IMG/VR virus record: IMGVR_UViG_3300020045_011804
Location: 1 to 41,312 of that record
Origin: a virus
Lineage: Duplodnaviria; Caudoviricetes
Length of the DNA: 41,312 nucleotides
Reading direction: 5' to 3' (one strand)
This document shows positions 1-9,518 of the stretch, piece by piece. The position numbers and the translations under genes are program-made. The notes under the pieces were generated by a model that did not search any database, was not told the origin of the DNA, and worked only from the letters and a program-made list of their open reading frames with translations. The first letter of the stretch is position 1. Every line of letters begins with the position of its first letter.

Positions 1-1
1 T

Positions 2-238
2 CGTGCTTCTAAGAAGTTTCCACAAGGTGTTAAGGTAAATCATTACCTTACTGATCCTGATGCATGGTTTATTCTTATCAATTGTCCTGACGGTCTGAAG
101 TATATGGAACGTCGAGCTGATGCGTTCGGTACTGAGAATGACTTCGATACTGAAAACGCTAAGTTCAAGGCTACGTTCCGAGGCAGTTTTGGTTGGTCTG
201 ATCCTCGGGCAATTTTCGGAAGTCCTGGTGCTGCGTAA
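2..238 (+). CDS. Major capsid protein, C-terminal part (Mu gpT-like family); 5' end outside the window
   Basis: Not in the ORF track. Frame 2 reads ...VNHYLTDPDAWF...NDFDTENAKFKATFRGSFGWSDPRAIFGSPGAA*, a typical C-terminus for this capsid family. Confidence 0.9.
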   Translation, partial: RASKKFPQGVKVNHYLTDPDAWFILINCPDGLKYMERRADAFGTENDFDTENAKFKATFRGSFGWSDPRAIFGSPGAA

Positions 239-242
239 TTGG

Positions 243-258
243 TGTTCATCGGTGAACA
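243..258. promoter_or_regulatory. Palindrome TGTTCA-TCGG-TGAACA, copy 1 of a recurring motif
   Basis: Intergenic; related copies at 28555-28569 and 40698-40712. Confidence 0.4.
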
Positions 259-282
259 GCTAATTGATTTAGTTTAATACTG

Positions 283-310
283 GCGTTGGAAGGTGCCAAT
301 CTTCCAACGC
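283..310 (+). other. Stem-loop between the capsid gene and the next gene (mRNA stability or processing?)
   Basis: GCGTTGGAAG-N8-CTTCCAACGC, perfect 10-bp stem with no U-tract. Confidence 0.55.
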
Positions 311-332
311 TGCTCTGAAAAGGAGTGGTAAA

Positions 333-1307
333 ATGGCAGATTATAGTTTTGGTAGTGGACTTCCTACTTGGAATGGTATCCCAATGGTTGGTGGAATTCC
401 AATGGGAGTTACTAAGGTATTCTTTGTTGATTACACTAATGGTTCTGATGGAGTAAGTGAAAAGAAAAACTCTGTTGATAAACCGTTTAAGACAATAGCT
501 AAGGCTATGTCATCAATTACAACGAATAAGAATGAGGGTATTGCTCTTATGGGTAGTGCTAGTCATGTTTTGACCGAGATGCTTACTGTTAGTAAGAATA
601 GAGTTCATATGTTTGGCTATGATCCAGGTGGCAGGATGTATGGACAGAATGCAAAGATTTCTATGGGAGTAACTACTGCCGCTACAGACTTGGGAGCAAT
701 GCTCAACACTGGAGTACGAAATAGCTTTCGTAATATTAAATTTACTTCTGCAAACACCAAAGCTGAAAGTCTTTATACAGTTCTTGAGGGCGGTGAGTAT
801 ACTGTCTATGAAAACTGTGAATTTTATAAAGAAACCGATCTTGATGAGAATCTTGCCTCTGAGTTTGTAATGAATGGTGATTCTTCACAGCTTATTGGAT
901 GTACCATTGGCAGTTTAGCTAATGCTCAAGCAGGTGATAAAATCAGACCAGGTGTTTTGGCTACTGCTGGTGTTGCCGGTGCTGGTAAGGTTGCCCGTGA
1001 TGTTATGTTTAAGTCATGCCTATTTTGGAAATCCTCTGGGCATGTGAATGGGCGTCATGTATATGGAGCAAATGCAACTGATGTTGAGCGTATCATGATT
1101 TTCGATGATTGTACTTTTGTTAATGCCAAGTTAGCAACTGCTGTTCCTGCTCAATGTGTGGCTTTTGGTTCTACTCTTACCGTTGGGCAAGTACTTATGA
1201 AAAACTGTGTAAGTATCAATAATACTAAGTTATCTACTACAACTGGTGTTTTGATTGCTGGAGCTGTTCCGACTTATGCAACTTCTGGTATTGCTGTTCA
1301 GTCTTAA
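333..1307 (+). CDS. Right-handed beta-helix (pectin lyase-like) virion protein, possibly head decoration or fibre
   Basis: FFVDYTNGSD...KPFKTIAKA motif; xxNCxF-type repeats; AGGAG RBS; directly follows the capsid gene. Confidence 0.7.
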   Translation: MADYSFGSGLPTWNGIPMVGGIPMGVTKVFFVDYTNGSDGVSEKKNSVDKPFKTIAKAMSSITTNKNEGIALMGSASHVLTEMLTVSKNRVHMFGYDPGGRMYGQNAKISMGVTTAATDLGAMLNTGVRNSFRNIKFTSANTKAESLYTVLEGGEYTVYENCEFYKETDLDENLASEFVMNGDSSQLIGCTIGSLANAQAGDKIRPGVLATAGVAGAGKVARDVMFKSCLFWKSSGHVNGRHVYGANATDVERIMIFDDCTFVNAKLATAVPAQCVAFGSTLTVGQVLMKNCVSINNTKLSTTTGVLIAGAVPTYATSGIAVQS

Positions 1308-1325
1308 GTTTTAAATAATTTTAAC

Positions 1326-1370
1326 TTTCTGCAGGAATATAATGTTCCTGTGGAAATTTAAGTTTATTTA
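1326..1370 (+). terminator. Probable intrinsic terminator
   Basis: 13-bp stem with G-U pairs (1326-1338/1344-1356) followed by a T-rich tail. Confidence 0.55.
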
Positions 1371-1410
1371 TTGTCAATATAGTTAATTATAATATTAATT
1401 TGGAGTTATT

Positions 1411-1719
1411 ATGCGATCTAAAACATTAATCGAATCAACAACTGCAGCGGCTAATGCACTTTTAATCATTGATAATCAAAATCTTAATGGATCGCTTTCA
1501 ATAGTTGGATTAGTTGTTGCTGAAAGTGTGGCTATTCAAATTCCAAAAGTTGCAAATCCTGTTTTGGCTACTGATGCTGATTGGACTAATTATGTTTATG
1601 ATAGTACTACTTATGTTCTTAATGCAAATAATAATCGAATAAGTCTTCCGTTTCGTGGAACATATCGGATAGTTAAGCCTGAAAGTATTGGAAATGCATT
1701 TGGAATTAAGTTTGAATAA
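1411..1719 (+). CDS. Small virion-associated protein
   Basis: GGAG RBS; beta-rich composition; structural module context. Confidence 0.6.
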   Translation: MRSKTLIESTTAAANALLIIDNQNLNGSLSIVGLVVAESVAIQIPKVANPVLATDADWTNYVYDSTTYVLNANNNRISLPFRGTYRIVKPESIGNAFGIKFE

Positions 1720-1729
1720 GGATTAAATA

Positions 1730-3574
1730 ATGCTTAGTTCATCAATTATAAATTCAATACACTCTTCTATTTGTGGATTGAATAGTTTTGGTAATGGATT
1801 AGTCCGTATTGGATTAATCTGGTATGCCCCACATGGTATTGATACTATCGGGCTATCAATCGCTGAGTTCTGGGCCGCATGTCCGACTGAGCACAGGACG
1901 CTTTATTCAGCTGACGGTTCTGAATGGTATGATGTTGCGACGATAATCACTAATATTGAGGCATCTGCAGAGTTGAATAACGGTGGCGAGCTAGTTGGTA
2001 GCGCAACGAAAGGATACGCTCAGTTTGCTGACGGTACAGCGGAAAGCGTTCTGTTGAGGGCATACAGCTATTTGGGTGAAAATTACGCCCCAGCCACGTT
2101 TGGAGAGATGATTAATCAACCGTTAGAAACTCCTATTATTTCGAGATGGTGTTACCCAACGGTATCATTGGGTGATTATTACACCGAGGAATTTACCCCG
2201 CAGACAGTTGAGGTCGGTGATGTTGATATTGAGAGTAATGTCATAGGGGTCAACACGCAAGGAGAAACTCTTGATATCTACGTTTCTACTGGCGGCTCCT
2301 ATAGCGTTGATTCTGGTGCATGGGCTACCGATGGTGTTGGTTCTCCAGCTTCTATAATTGGCAGCCATTTGATAAAAGTCAAAGGCGATGCTGCCGGGAG
2401 TGGTCAAACAAATACAGTTGTCCTGACAGTTGGTGAAGCCACTTATAATTTTGCAATCACTTCGGAAGTTGTGGTGACGCAAATAAAAGACCTTTGGAAT
2501 GGATTTTCTTTAGATGGTTTTACCACAACTTATCCGCCTGCTGTTCCTGATGAAGGCGGGGTAATCAGAACAACTTCAGGAAACAATCTTGCCATAGAGA
2601 GCGGCAAATATAATGCTGGTGCCTGGGAGCTTCCAACCACACCGCCAACGAGCAAGTCTATCGTCACACTTGCTGGAACTAGAACCCTTTACAATGAAGC
2701 AGACCCTACAGTATTTAAACGGACCTGTATTGCCCCTCTCAGAACTCAATATTTTAAAACCCCCCAAACTCCAGCCACTCACACAACTGAGTCTCTCGCA
2801 ACTGGGACATATGTATTGTGGTGTCGGGGCGACAATGGTTCGACTGTCACCGCTTCGGCGGGAACCGCAATAGGGACTTTCGGTGCCGCCACGGCAAATG
2901 GAGCAACGCATGGTTATGGAACGCCCGTAACGATCACTATCGCAACCGCCGGAACGGTTGTTCTTACATGCGCCGGAACGTTAACATGGGGCCAGCTCGA
3001 GAAAGCAACATATACTTACCCGACACCAGATATACCAAATGGCACAACGACAACGGTTAGAAACCCAACCACACTTGCCGATAGTTCAGCCGATTGGTTT
3101 GATGTAGTTTCGGGTGAGGCTCAGAATTTTGCAATTTTTTCTCAGTTTATAATGCGAGGATTAGATAATAATGCAAAAATCTGGGAAACAAAAATTGATG
3201 CAACAAATTACACCAACCTGCTAACAGCAAACGGGTCATTTTATCTTAAAAAATATGCAGGCTCAAATCTAAACATCTATTTTTCGCCAGGAACAGTATT
3301 AAATATGCCGCTTCGGGTGTTGTGTATATTCACCGACCAAGGCATGTCTGTACGGACCCAAAGATTTACAGGTGGTGCATGGTCGGCATGGTCGGCATGG
3401 ACCGATTTAGCAAATACAGTTCCAGCAAAAATAGGCTCGACAATTGGGTTTGGAACCGACGCGAATCCATATGTAAACCATCAAACATTTGCTACGTTTA
3501 AACTCACAGAGGCGGCTGCTCTTGCGGATTATAAGACGGAAATATCTGCACTTGTCACGGAGATGTTATCATGA
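1730..3574 (+). CDS. Fibre/adhesin-like multidomain virion protein
   Basis: Thr/Gly-rich beta modules; WSAWSAW motif near the C-terminus; context. Confidence 0.6.
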   Translation: MLSSSIINSIHSSICGLNSFGNGLVRIGLIWYAPHGIDTIGLSIAEFWAACPTEHRTLYSADGSEWYDVATIITNIEASAELNNGGELVGSATKGYAQFADGTAESVLLRAYSYLGENYAPATFGEMINQPLETPIISRWCYPTVSLGDYYTEEFTPQTVEVGDVDIESNVIGVNTQGETLDIYVSTGGSYSVDSGAWATDGVGSPASIIGSHLIKVKGDAAGSGQTNTVVLTVGEATYNFAITSEVVVTQIKDLWNGFSLDGFTTTYPPAVPDEGGVIRTTSGNNLAIESGKYNAGAWELPTTPPTSKSIVTLAGTRTLYNEADPTVFKRTCIAPLRTQYFKTPQTPATHTTESLATGTYVLWCRGDNGSTVTASAGTAIGTFGAATANGATHGYGTPVTITIATAGTVVLTCAGTLTWGQLEKATYTYPTPDIPNGTTTTVRNPTTLADSSADWFDVVSGEAQNFAIFSQFIMRGLDNNAKIWETKIDATNYTNLLTANGSFYLKKYAGSNLNIYFSPGTVLNMPLRVLCIFTDQGMSVRTQRFTGGAWSAWSAWTDLANTVPAKIGSTIGFGTDANPYVNHQTFATFKLTEAAALADYKTEISALVTEMLS

Positions 3575-3780
3575 TTTGGATAGGCGACAAGGTTACGATA
3601 CCGGAAGATATGTCGGTTTCTTGGGATGGGGTGACGTGGACTGATGGGCCTGCTACAGAGTATTGGCCTGAAGGTGGCACACGATGGAAAGCAAAAGTAA
3701 CTATTCCAACTGGCGAAGATGCCGTTGATGTAACGGCTACAATCGGCGTAGATGATTACAGGTTTCTTGCTACGACCTGA
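3571..3780 (+). CDS. Single beta-repeat module protein, in frame with the next ORF
   Basis: ATGA overlap with the upstream stop; GGAG RBS; resembles an internal module of 1730-3574. Confidence 0.65.
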   Translation: MIWIGDKVTIPEDMSVSWDGVTWTDGPATEYWPEGGTRWKAKVTIPTGEDAVDVTATIGVDDYRFLATT

Positions 3781-3807
3781 GCGACAACGTCGAGAATCGA
3801 CGTATCC

Positions 3808-5352
3808 TTGGGCAAGGAATTTGATAGTTGGAGTGGGGCGATACCTGTCTCAGTTAGTTTGAATGATCTTTCAACCGACGATTATTCGTATGCCCGTGTG
3901 AAAATAACTAACCCTATCGGTGTTGTTTTTTATAAAGAATTATCGTGGAATCCGACAACCGGCAAATTTGAGGGGGTTATTCATCCAGGATCAAATTACG
4001 GTTTAGGATGCGCAGATCCAAATGTTGGGGTGTTCCAAGTTGAGGGGCAACTTAGCAACGCTGCTGATTTTTCTGAGATAAACTATGTCGCATCGTTAAA
4101 AAGTTTCACGACGTTCATTGCTCGTAGGGGGTATATAAGTTACGCAGAATATGATTATCCAACATTTATCCCAACGTGGGATACAGACCACTGGCATCAC
4201 GAAATAAGTACAATAAAGGCATTCACCGCTGGTGGAACTTATTCTAATGTTGCAGTGGCTTTCCCATTCCATCCTATAACCACAGAAATTAGCAACATAG
4301 CAGTAACGGTGGATGGTACGGCAGTATCTCAAGGCAACGCTTCTTCCACATCAAGAGCTTGGTGGTGGAATGAGGACACCCATATTCTATATGTTCAGAT
4401 GGCCTCACTCGGAACTGGGGTTGTATCAATAGGGATAGAGTTTGATTCGACAACTGATTTGTTTGCAACCCGACTTGATCGAGATTGGACAACCCATATT
4501 GCCTTCAGGGATTTTTATAATGGGTTGGTTGTCTCAAATCAATATTTAACAACTCGCATTTATGGTGGAGGTCACGAGGGCGCTGGGATGCAAGTTGATC
4601 TTCACACAAAATTAGGTGATGAGGAGATTGGGGTTGATTGTATAGAGCGTGTTGGAATTCATGTTGATGATACAACGAGGACTGATAACAGTGGTTATTA
4701 TATGTTCAACATCAAATGGGATAAAAACGAATGGCCTGGATATATAACTAGCGAAAATGACAGCATTATAATTATTGAAAATAATTCTGACGCTACCCCA
4801 ACGACCGGATGGGTACAAGGGCTACAAACTGGGATATCAGCAAAAAGGACTCTCTCTTTTTATGCAGGGGAAAAGTTTATTAAAAACAACTACCAATTGA
4901 CCAATAATGGAGAAACCACTAGAAAATTCCCATTTGTGTGGGGAAGAGAGCAGTGGATTCAACCGGACAGAAATACCAACGATCAGGGCAGGATATATGG
5001 TGATTTGGTGGACAGATCGGTTGAAAGTAGTGCTGTCCTGAATAGGTGGGTACTGGCATACGATACAATCAGTTTCATGAACATGGGTGTGATATTCAAA
5101 GCAGCCGAGAGTGATCTAGTTGCATATTTCCTAAGTACGCCGGCTTTGTACACAGATTCAGCGAGGTGGCCGATAACGTTAATTCCGGGTGGAGAAACCA
5201 ACAACAACACATTTTTTGCAAAGACTTGGAACGAGGTCGCAGCGGATGAAACTGTTGAAATTGATTTTTGGCAATGGACAGACCCAACAGTCGATGCACT
5301 GGCAGAAATAACCGATTCTATATCTGCTGATTATTCGTCTGTGAATGGATAA
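3808..5352 (+). CDS. Beta-rich extracellular-type protein, possibly a read-through extension of 3571-3780
   Basis: Frame is open from 3781; the TTG start has no RBS. Confidence 0.6.
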   Translation: MGKEFDSWSGAIPVSVSLNDLSTDDYSYARVKITNPIGVVFYKELSWNPTTGKFEGVIHPGSNYGLGCADPNVGVFQVEGQLSNAADFSEINYVASLKSFTTFIARRGYISYAEYDYPTFIPTWDTDHWHHEISTIKAFTAGGTYSNVAVAFPFHPITTEISNIAVTVDGTAVSQGNASSTSRAWWWNEDTHILYVQMASLGTGVVSIGIEFDSTTDLFATRLDRDWTTHIAFRDFYNGLVVSNQYLTTRIYGGGHEGAGMQVDLHTKLGDEEIGVDCIERVGIHVDDTTRTDNSGYYMFNIKWDKNEWPGYITSENDSIIIIENNSDATPTTGWVQGLQTGISAKRTLSFYAGEKFIKNNYQLTNNGETTRKFPFVWGREQWIQPDRNTNDQGRIYGDLVDRSVESSAVLNRWVLAYDTISFMNMGVIFKAAESDLVAYFLSTPALYTDSARWPITLIPGGETNNNTFFAKTWNEVAADETVEIDFWQWTDPTVDALAEITDSISADYSSVNG

Positions 5353-5395
5353 TTTTGACTGATTAGAAATCATCAACCAACCAAAAGAGGATAAA

Positions 5396-5989
5396 ATGTT
5401 ATTACCAAGAGATAAAGATTTTCTGAAAATATTCTTCACCGCCCTGTTCGTGATTTTTATTCTGGCGCTTCAGGGGTGTGCAGCAACACAGATTGAAAAA
5501 GGATCAGGTGAAGAAGCCATATCCATTAAAGAGTTAGATAGCTTCAATTCCTGCAATACGGCTGTATTCGGTGATCCAAATACAGTTGGAATGAGAGACG
5601 ATCAAGCCTTTATGGTAAAGATGCAAGCCCAAACTGTCAAACTTGTTGCATCTGCGACCGGCAAGAATCCATGCGCTTTGAAAACATTCAGAGATGTTCA
5701 ATTGGCTGAAGTTACCGAGAAGAACAAGACTGCACAGGTGGCTATTAATAGGACTGGTGATGTTGTTACTACAGGTATAGTAACGTGGGGAGCCACTAAG
5801 ATAGCTGATTCCGCATTTAAAGCCGCTGGGGATAATAATACGACTGGTGGGGATGTAACTACCGTGACAGGTGATGAAAACATATCTACGCTTGAGAGGA
5901 ATCCAGAAACCACAACCACAACGACCACCTCCACGGCAACAACGGCAGGAACGACTTCTCCAGCAACAGCCAATCCAGCAGCACCATAA
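5396..5989 (+). CDS. Lipoprotein with Thr-rich C-terminus
   Basis: Signal peptide with LQG-C lipobox; GAGGA RBS. Confidence 0.75.
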   Translation: MLLPRDKDFLKIFFTALFVIFILALQGCAATQIEKGSGEEAISIKELDSFNSCNTAVFGDPNTVGMRDDQAFMVKMQAQTVKLVASATGKNPCALKTFRDVQLAEVTEKNKTAQVAINRTGDVVTTGIVTWGATKIADSAFKAAGDNNTTGGDVTTVTGDENISTLERNPETTTTTTTSTATTAGTTSPATANPAAP

Positions 5990-6000
5990 TGAGGTAAGCA

Positions 6001-6210
6001 ATGAACTATCAAGTTGATATGTCAAAGCAAATCCCATTTTGGGGTAATTTAACGACAAATCAACAAGATATTTTTACAAAAATTGCAACAGAAATAAGAC
6101 CATGTGAATTGTTCTGTAAGCATAGGTTGATGAATGCGGCTAAGAAAAATGATGGTAGATTGGTTAAAATTGAGCTTGCTGAATTAGGTATCAAAATTGA
6201 CAATTGGTGA
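6001..6210 (+). CDS. Hypothetical protein
   Basis: GAGGT RBS; tight operon spacing. Confidence 0.6.
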   Translation: MNYQVDMSKQIPFWGNLTTNQQDIFTKIATEIRPCELFCKHRLMNAAKKNDGRLVKIELAELGIKIDNW

Positions 6211-6236
6211 TGTAAAATGTTAATAGGAGATTAAAA

Positions 6237-6503
6237 ATGATTAAAGAAATGATTGTTGCCTTAAAGGCAGGACAAGAATTGTCTGATCCAGCCAAATGGA
6301 AAAATAGACTTGAGAATACAAATTATTCTGGAGCTATAATTGCTGGATTACTTGCTTTTCTAAGATGGAAATATCCTGGATTGTTACCTGAAGATAATGA
6401 AGTTTTAAAAACTTTACTTGATTATTCTGCAGAAATTATTGGGACTGTTTTGGTTATGATTAATGTTTATCTTAATAGAGCTACAACTAAAAAACAATTT
6501 TAA
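6237..6503 (+). CDS. Holin-like membrane protein
   Basis: Two hydrophobic segments and a basic C-terminus (RATTKK); AGGAG RBS. Confidence 0.5.
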   Translation: MIKEMIVALKAGQELSDPAKWKNRLENTNYSGAIIAGLLAFLRWKYPGLLPEDNEVLKTLLDYSAEIIGTVLVMINVYLNRATTKKQF

Positions 6504-6508
6504 GTAAG

Positions 6509-6805
6509 GTGGTTTTCATGGATGGCAGACCAGGAAAACAATTTCAGGAAAGAAAACGTAATTTAACTGATGAAGATATCCAAGAGTTACTTATAGCTTT
6601 TGAGAAACATCCTCGTCCACATATGTGTAGATTTGAAGGAGTTACTGAAGAAGATTTTTATGAATCAGTTAAATTCTTCAAATACTTAAATGAAATTTTG
6701 ACTAGTGGTAGAAATATTATTGCAAAAACAATTCTTGTTTTATTGATAACGTTCTTATTTGGTTTACTTGGATCTGGAATTATTACAAAACTTAAAGGTC
6801 CGTGA
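6509..6805 (+). CDS. Small protein with a C-terminal TM segment (true start probably ATG 6518)
   Basis: ILVLLITFLFGLLG hydrophobic stretch. Confidence 0.6.
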   Translation: MVFMDGRPGKQFQERKRNLTDEDIQELLIAFEKHPRPHMCRFEGVTEEDFYESVKFFKYLNEILTSGRNIIAKTILVLLITFLFGLLGSGIITKLKGP

Positions 6806-6984
6806 TGATTAAAGAAAAGATAATTCAAAAACTTCATGACTTTTTATTACAAGAACGTGCTATTCCAGAACGAGATGCTGCAGAAATTATTACACCTGCT
6901 GGTATTGATGCAAAAGTACGAATACAAACAATAATTGATTGTTTAAACATTATTAAAACAACAAACTCAGATGATAGTAACTGA
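6802..6984 (+). CDS. Hypothetical protein
   Basis: Overlaps both neighbours in the operon. Confidence 0.5.
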   Translation: MMIKEKIIQKLHDFLLQERAIPERDAAEIITPAGIDAKVRIQTIIDCLNIIKTTNSDDSN

Positions 6985-7165
6985 ATTATATAAGTTGACA
7001 CATCATTGTTGTCAATGTAATAAAGTTAAGTTGCTTTCTGATGAATGGTTGCCAGCTGTTATTGTAAAAATTCAAGATGTTAAACCATCTCATGGATTTT
7101 GCCCAACATGTTTTGAAGGACAAATGGCTAGGATACAAAATCGTAGAATTGGAAAACTAATTTAA
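6971..7165 (+). CDS. Small zinc-binding protein
   Basis: CxxC...SHGFCxxC motif. Confidence 0.6.
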   Translation: MIVTELYKLTHHCCQCNKVKLLSDEWLPAVIVKIQDVKPSHGFCPTCFEGQMARIQNRRIGKLI

Positions 7166-7176
7166 TGGATTAAATA

Positions 7177-7422
7177 ATGTCATATAGACTTGGTGATTAT
7201 TTAGTAATTTGTGATCAATGTGGATTTCAAAGATATGCATCTGATTGTAGAATGACTTGGGATAAACTATTCGTTTGTGCAGATACATGTTGGGAGGAAA
7301 AACATCCACATTATACTGATCCTAAGCCCTTAGGTGAAAAACAAAGTGTACCAGTTCATCGACCAGAACCAACTGAAATTTTTATTAATCCAGCAACTCC
7401 AATAACTCAAGATGATTTATAA
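7177..7422 (+). CDS. Conserved Cys-rich phage protein of head/tail modules
   Basis: ICDQCGF...W..LFVC...CWEEKHP pattern. Confidence 0.7.
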   Translation: MSYRLGDYLVICDQCGFQRYASDCRMTWDKLFVCADTCWEEKHPHYTDPKPLGEKQSVPVHRPEPTEIFINPATPITQDDL

Positions 7423-7430
7423 GGATATTT

Positions 7431-8099
7431 ATGCCAACTTTTGCTACTTTAATATCTAGAACAAATACTCTTGTGGATGATACTTCGTTATATACATCTT
7501 TAGGGGGATTTATAAATCAAGGAGTTTCTGAAATTGCAGGTGGAATTCCATCTTTGTTAGATGGAATTACTGATCCATTACCAAATTCACTTACTCCTCC
7601 ATTACCTGATTTGTTTACTATTGATACTGTAAGTACTTCTACAAGTGCTGCTTATGTAGATATGCCTGATGATTTTCAACGTGATCTACAGTTTGCTGCT
7701 TCTGCAACTGGAAGTGAGATCGACATTGCTGAATCATTTATTGAATTTGTAGAAACTTATCCTTTACTTGATAAATCAGGTAGGATAACTGAAGTAATTG
7801 AACATGGAAATAAGTTATATTATCAAGGTATTCCTACAGTTAGTGAAGAAGTAACTTTGCATTATTATCGAAAACCTGTTGATATGGTTGCTGATGTTGA
7901 TACTCCTGATGGAATACCAGAACATTTGCAAATATCATTGCTTGTGAATTTTGCTGCTTGGAAAGCTCATGAACATCTTGAAGATGGTGTAGAAGGAGAG
8001 ACTCCAAACACTTTGAAATTTAAAAATAACTTTCTTGAAGCTATGAGAACACTTGAATTATTGCTTCCATCTTATGTTCGTGGATTAATGTTGAGGTAA
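7431..8099 (+). CDS. Probable head-tail adaptor (tail tubular protein A-like)
   Basis: Size and position; MPDDF...LHYYRKP...IPEHLQ..LV pattern typical of podoviral adaptors. Confidence 0.6.
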   Translation: MPTFATLISRTNTLVDDTSLYTSLGGFINQGVSEIAGGIPSLLDGITDPLPNSLTPPLPDLFTIDTVSTSTSAAYVDMPDDFQRDLQFAASATGSEIDIAESFIEFVETYPLLDKSGRITEVIEHGNKLYYQGIPTVSEEVTLHYYRKPVDMVADVDTPDGIPEHLQISLLVNFAAWKAHEHLEDGVEGETPNTLKFKNNFLEAMRTLELLLPSYVRGLMLR

Positions 8100-8104
8100 T
8101 AATT

Positions 8105-9031
8105 ATGATTGAATCATTTAATATTCTTTCTAAATGCGCTGGAGTAAATAATAAAGTTGATCCAAAGAATTTACGGATGAATGATCCTCAGACTGGGTTA
8201 ACTGATCTTGCTGAGGGAGAAAATTTTGATATTGATGATAATAACAAACTTTCAATTAGATTAGGTCAAGAACCAATTTCAACCGTTCCATCACATTCAA
8301 TTTTTTGTGACGGTGGAGATTGTTTCGTTGCACAAGACCGAACAAGTGATACAGCACTTTATCGAATCAATGCAGATTATACATTTACTGGAGTTAGGTC
8401 AGGATTGACAAAAAGTGAACGGCTTTCATACTTCCAAGCTGGAGATAAAACTTACTATACCAACAATATTCAGAATGGCAGAATAATTTCTGCTGTTTCT
8501 GAAGCATGGCCTACAAGTACTTACTATGGACAGGACTCGCTTAACGATTACAGCAATGCACCTGTAGGAAAGCACATAGCATATTTTCAAGGTAGGGCTT
8601 GGATATCAGTAGGTCCAACCATTTATTGCTCTATTCCATTCATGCTCGGAACGTTCAGACTTGCTGCCCATTATTTTAATTTCAACACTGCCATCCGTAT
8701 GATGCGTCCTGTTGCTGGGGGAATGTGGGTATCTGATTCTGAAACAACAGGGTTTATAGCTTCCGCAGAATCATGGGCTGGTTACAGGTATGTTAAGAAA
8801 TTATCTGTTCCTGCACATGAATGGTCAGACAATCAAAGGCTCGAAGATTTAAGTAAGAGTTATTTGCAAATACCTGGATTGTCAGCTGTTTGGTCTTGTG
8901 ATGATGGACTTTGTATAGGTACTCCAGATGGGCAACTCATCATTGAAACAAAAGAACGACTAATTTATCCGAAAGGTGCGATTGGTGCGACGGTAGTACG
9001 AAACAATATAATCATTAATTCAGTATTTTAA
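8105..9031 (+). CDS. Probable tail nozzle/stabilisation protein (beta-propeller-like)
   Basis: GVNN...GENFDID...IRLG N-terminus; follows the adaptor gene. Confidence 0.55.
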   Translation: MIESFNILSKCAGVNNKVDPKNLRMNDPQTGLTDLAEGENFDIDDNNKLSIRLGQEPISTVPSHSIFCDGGDCFVAQDRTSDTALYRINADYTFTGVRSGLTKSERLSYFQAGDKTYYTNNIQNGRIISAVSEAWPTSTYYGQDSLNDYSNAPVGKHIAYFQGRAWISVGPTIYCSIPFMLGTFRLAAHYFNFNTAIRMMRPVAGGMWVSDSETTGFIASAESWAGYRYVKKLSVPAHEWSDNQRLEDLSKSYLQIPGLSAVWSCDDGLCIGTPDGQLIIETKERLIYPKGAIGATVVRNNIIINSVF

Positions 9032-9044
9032 GAGAGGAAAAGAA

Positions 9045-9518
9045 ATGCCATTAAGACTTTCAACCGGATTTGTTCATGCTTCACAAGTAACTGACGACAC
9101 TGTTGCAATTATGGCAAACAGTGTTATTGGAATTTTTTCAGGCACTCAACCAGCTGATGCGAATGATACTGAAGCCGGAACTTTGTTGATGCTTATCACG
9201 CTCAATAGTGGGGCGTTTACTGGTGGAGTATCTACAAACGGACTTAACATGGAAACTGATGTTGCCGGAGTTCTGTCTAAGGCAGCTGCTGAAGTTTGGA
9301 GTGGAATAGGTCTTGCTGCCGCAGGAACAGGAACCACTGCAACATGGTTCAGATGGTATGCAAATGCGTACACAACTGGTTCAAGCACTTCTGCCGTTCG
9401 TATTGACGGGGCAATCGGGACAACTGCTGCATATCAAATGCGAATGAGCAATACAACTATAGTTGAGAATGGTCCATCAGTAGTTTCAACATTCACTTAT
9501 ACTCGGCCTAGAGCATAA
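9045..9518 (+). CDS. Virion structural protein
   Basis: IFSGTQPADA...GTATWFR...RIDG pattern, common in phage tail-associated proteins. Confidence 0.7.
   Translation: MPLRLSTGFVHASQVTDDTVAIMANSVIGIFSGTQPADANDTEAGTLLMLITLNSGAFTGGVSTNGLNMETDVAGVLSKAAAEVWSGIGLAAAGTGTTATWFRWYANAYTTGSSTSAVRIDGAIGTTAAYQMRMSNTTIVENGPSVVSTFTYTRPRA

Noticed and set aside
43-249. Minus-strand 68-aa ORF in the track
   Set aside because: Antisense shadow of the capsid gene C-terminus.
3377-3400. GCATGGTCG tandem repeat
   Set aside because: Encodes the ordinary AWSAWSAW fibre motif; not an array.
3778-3780. Genome-wide TGA reassignment
   Set aside because: TGA ends many genes with ATGA overlaps (for example 3574, 12576, 24625, 35480), and the long genes are intact in code 11.
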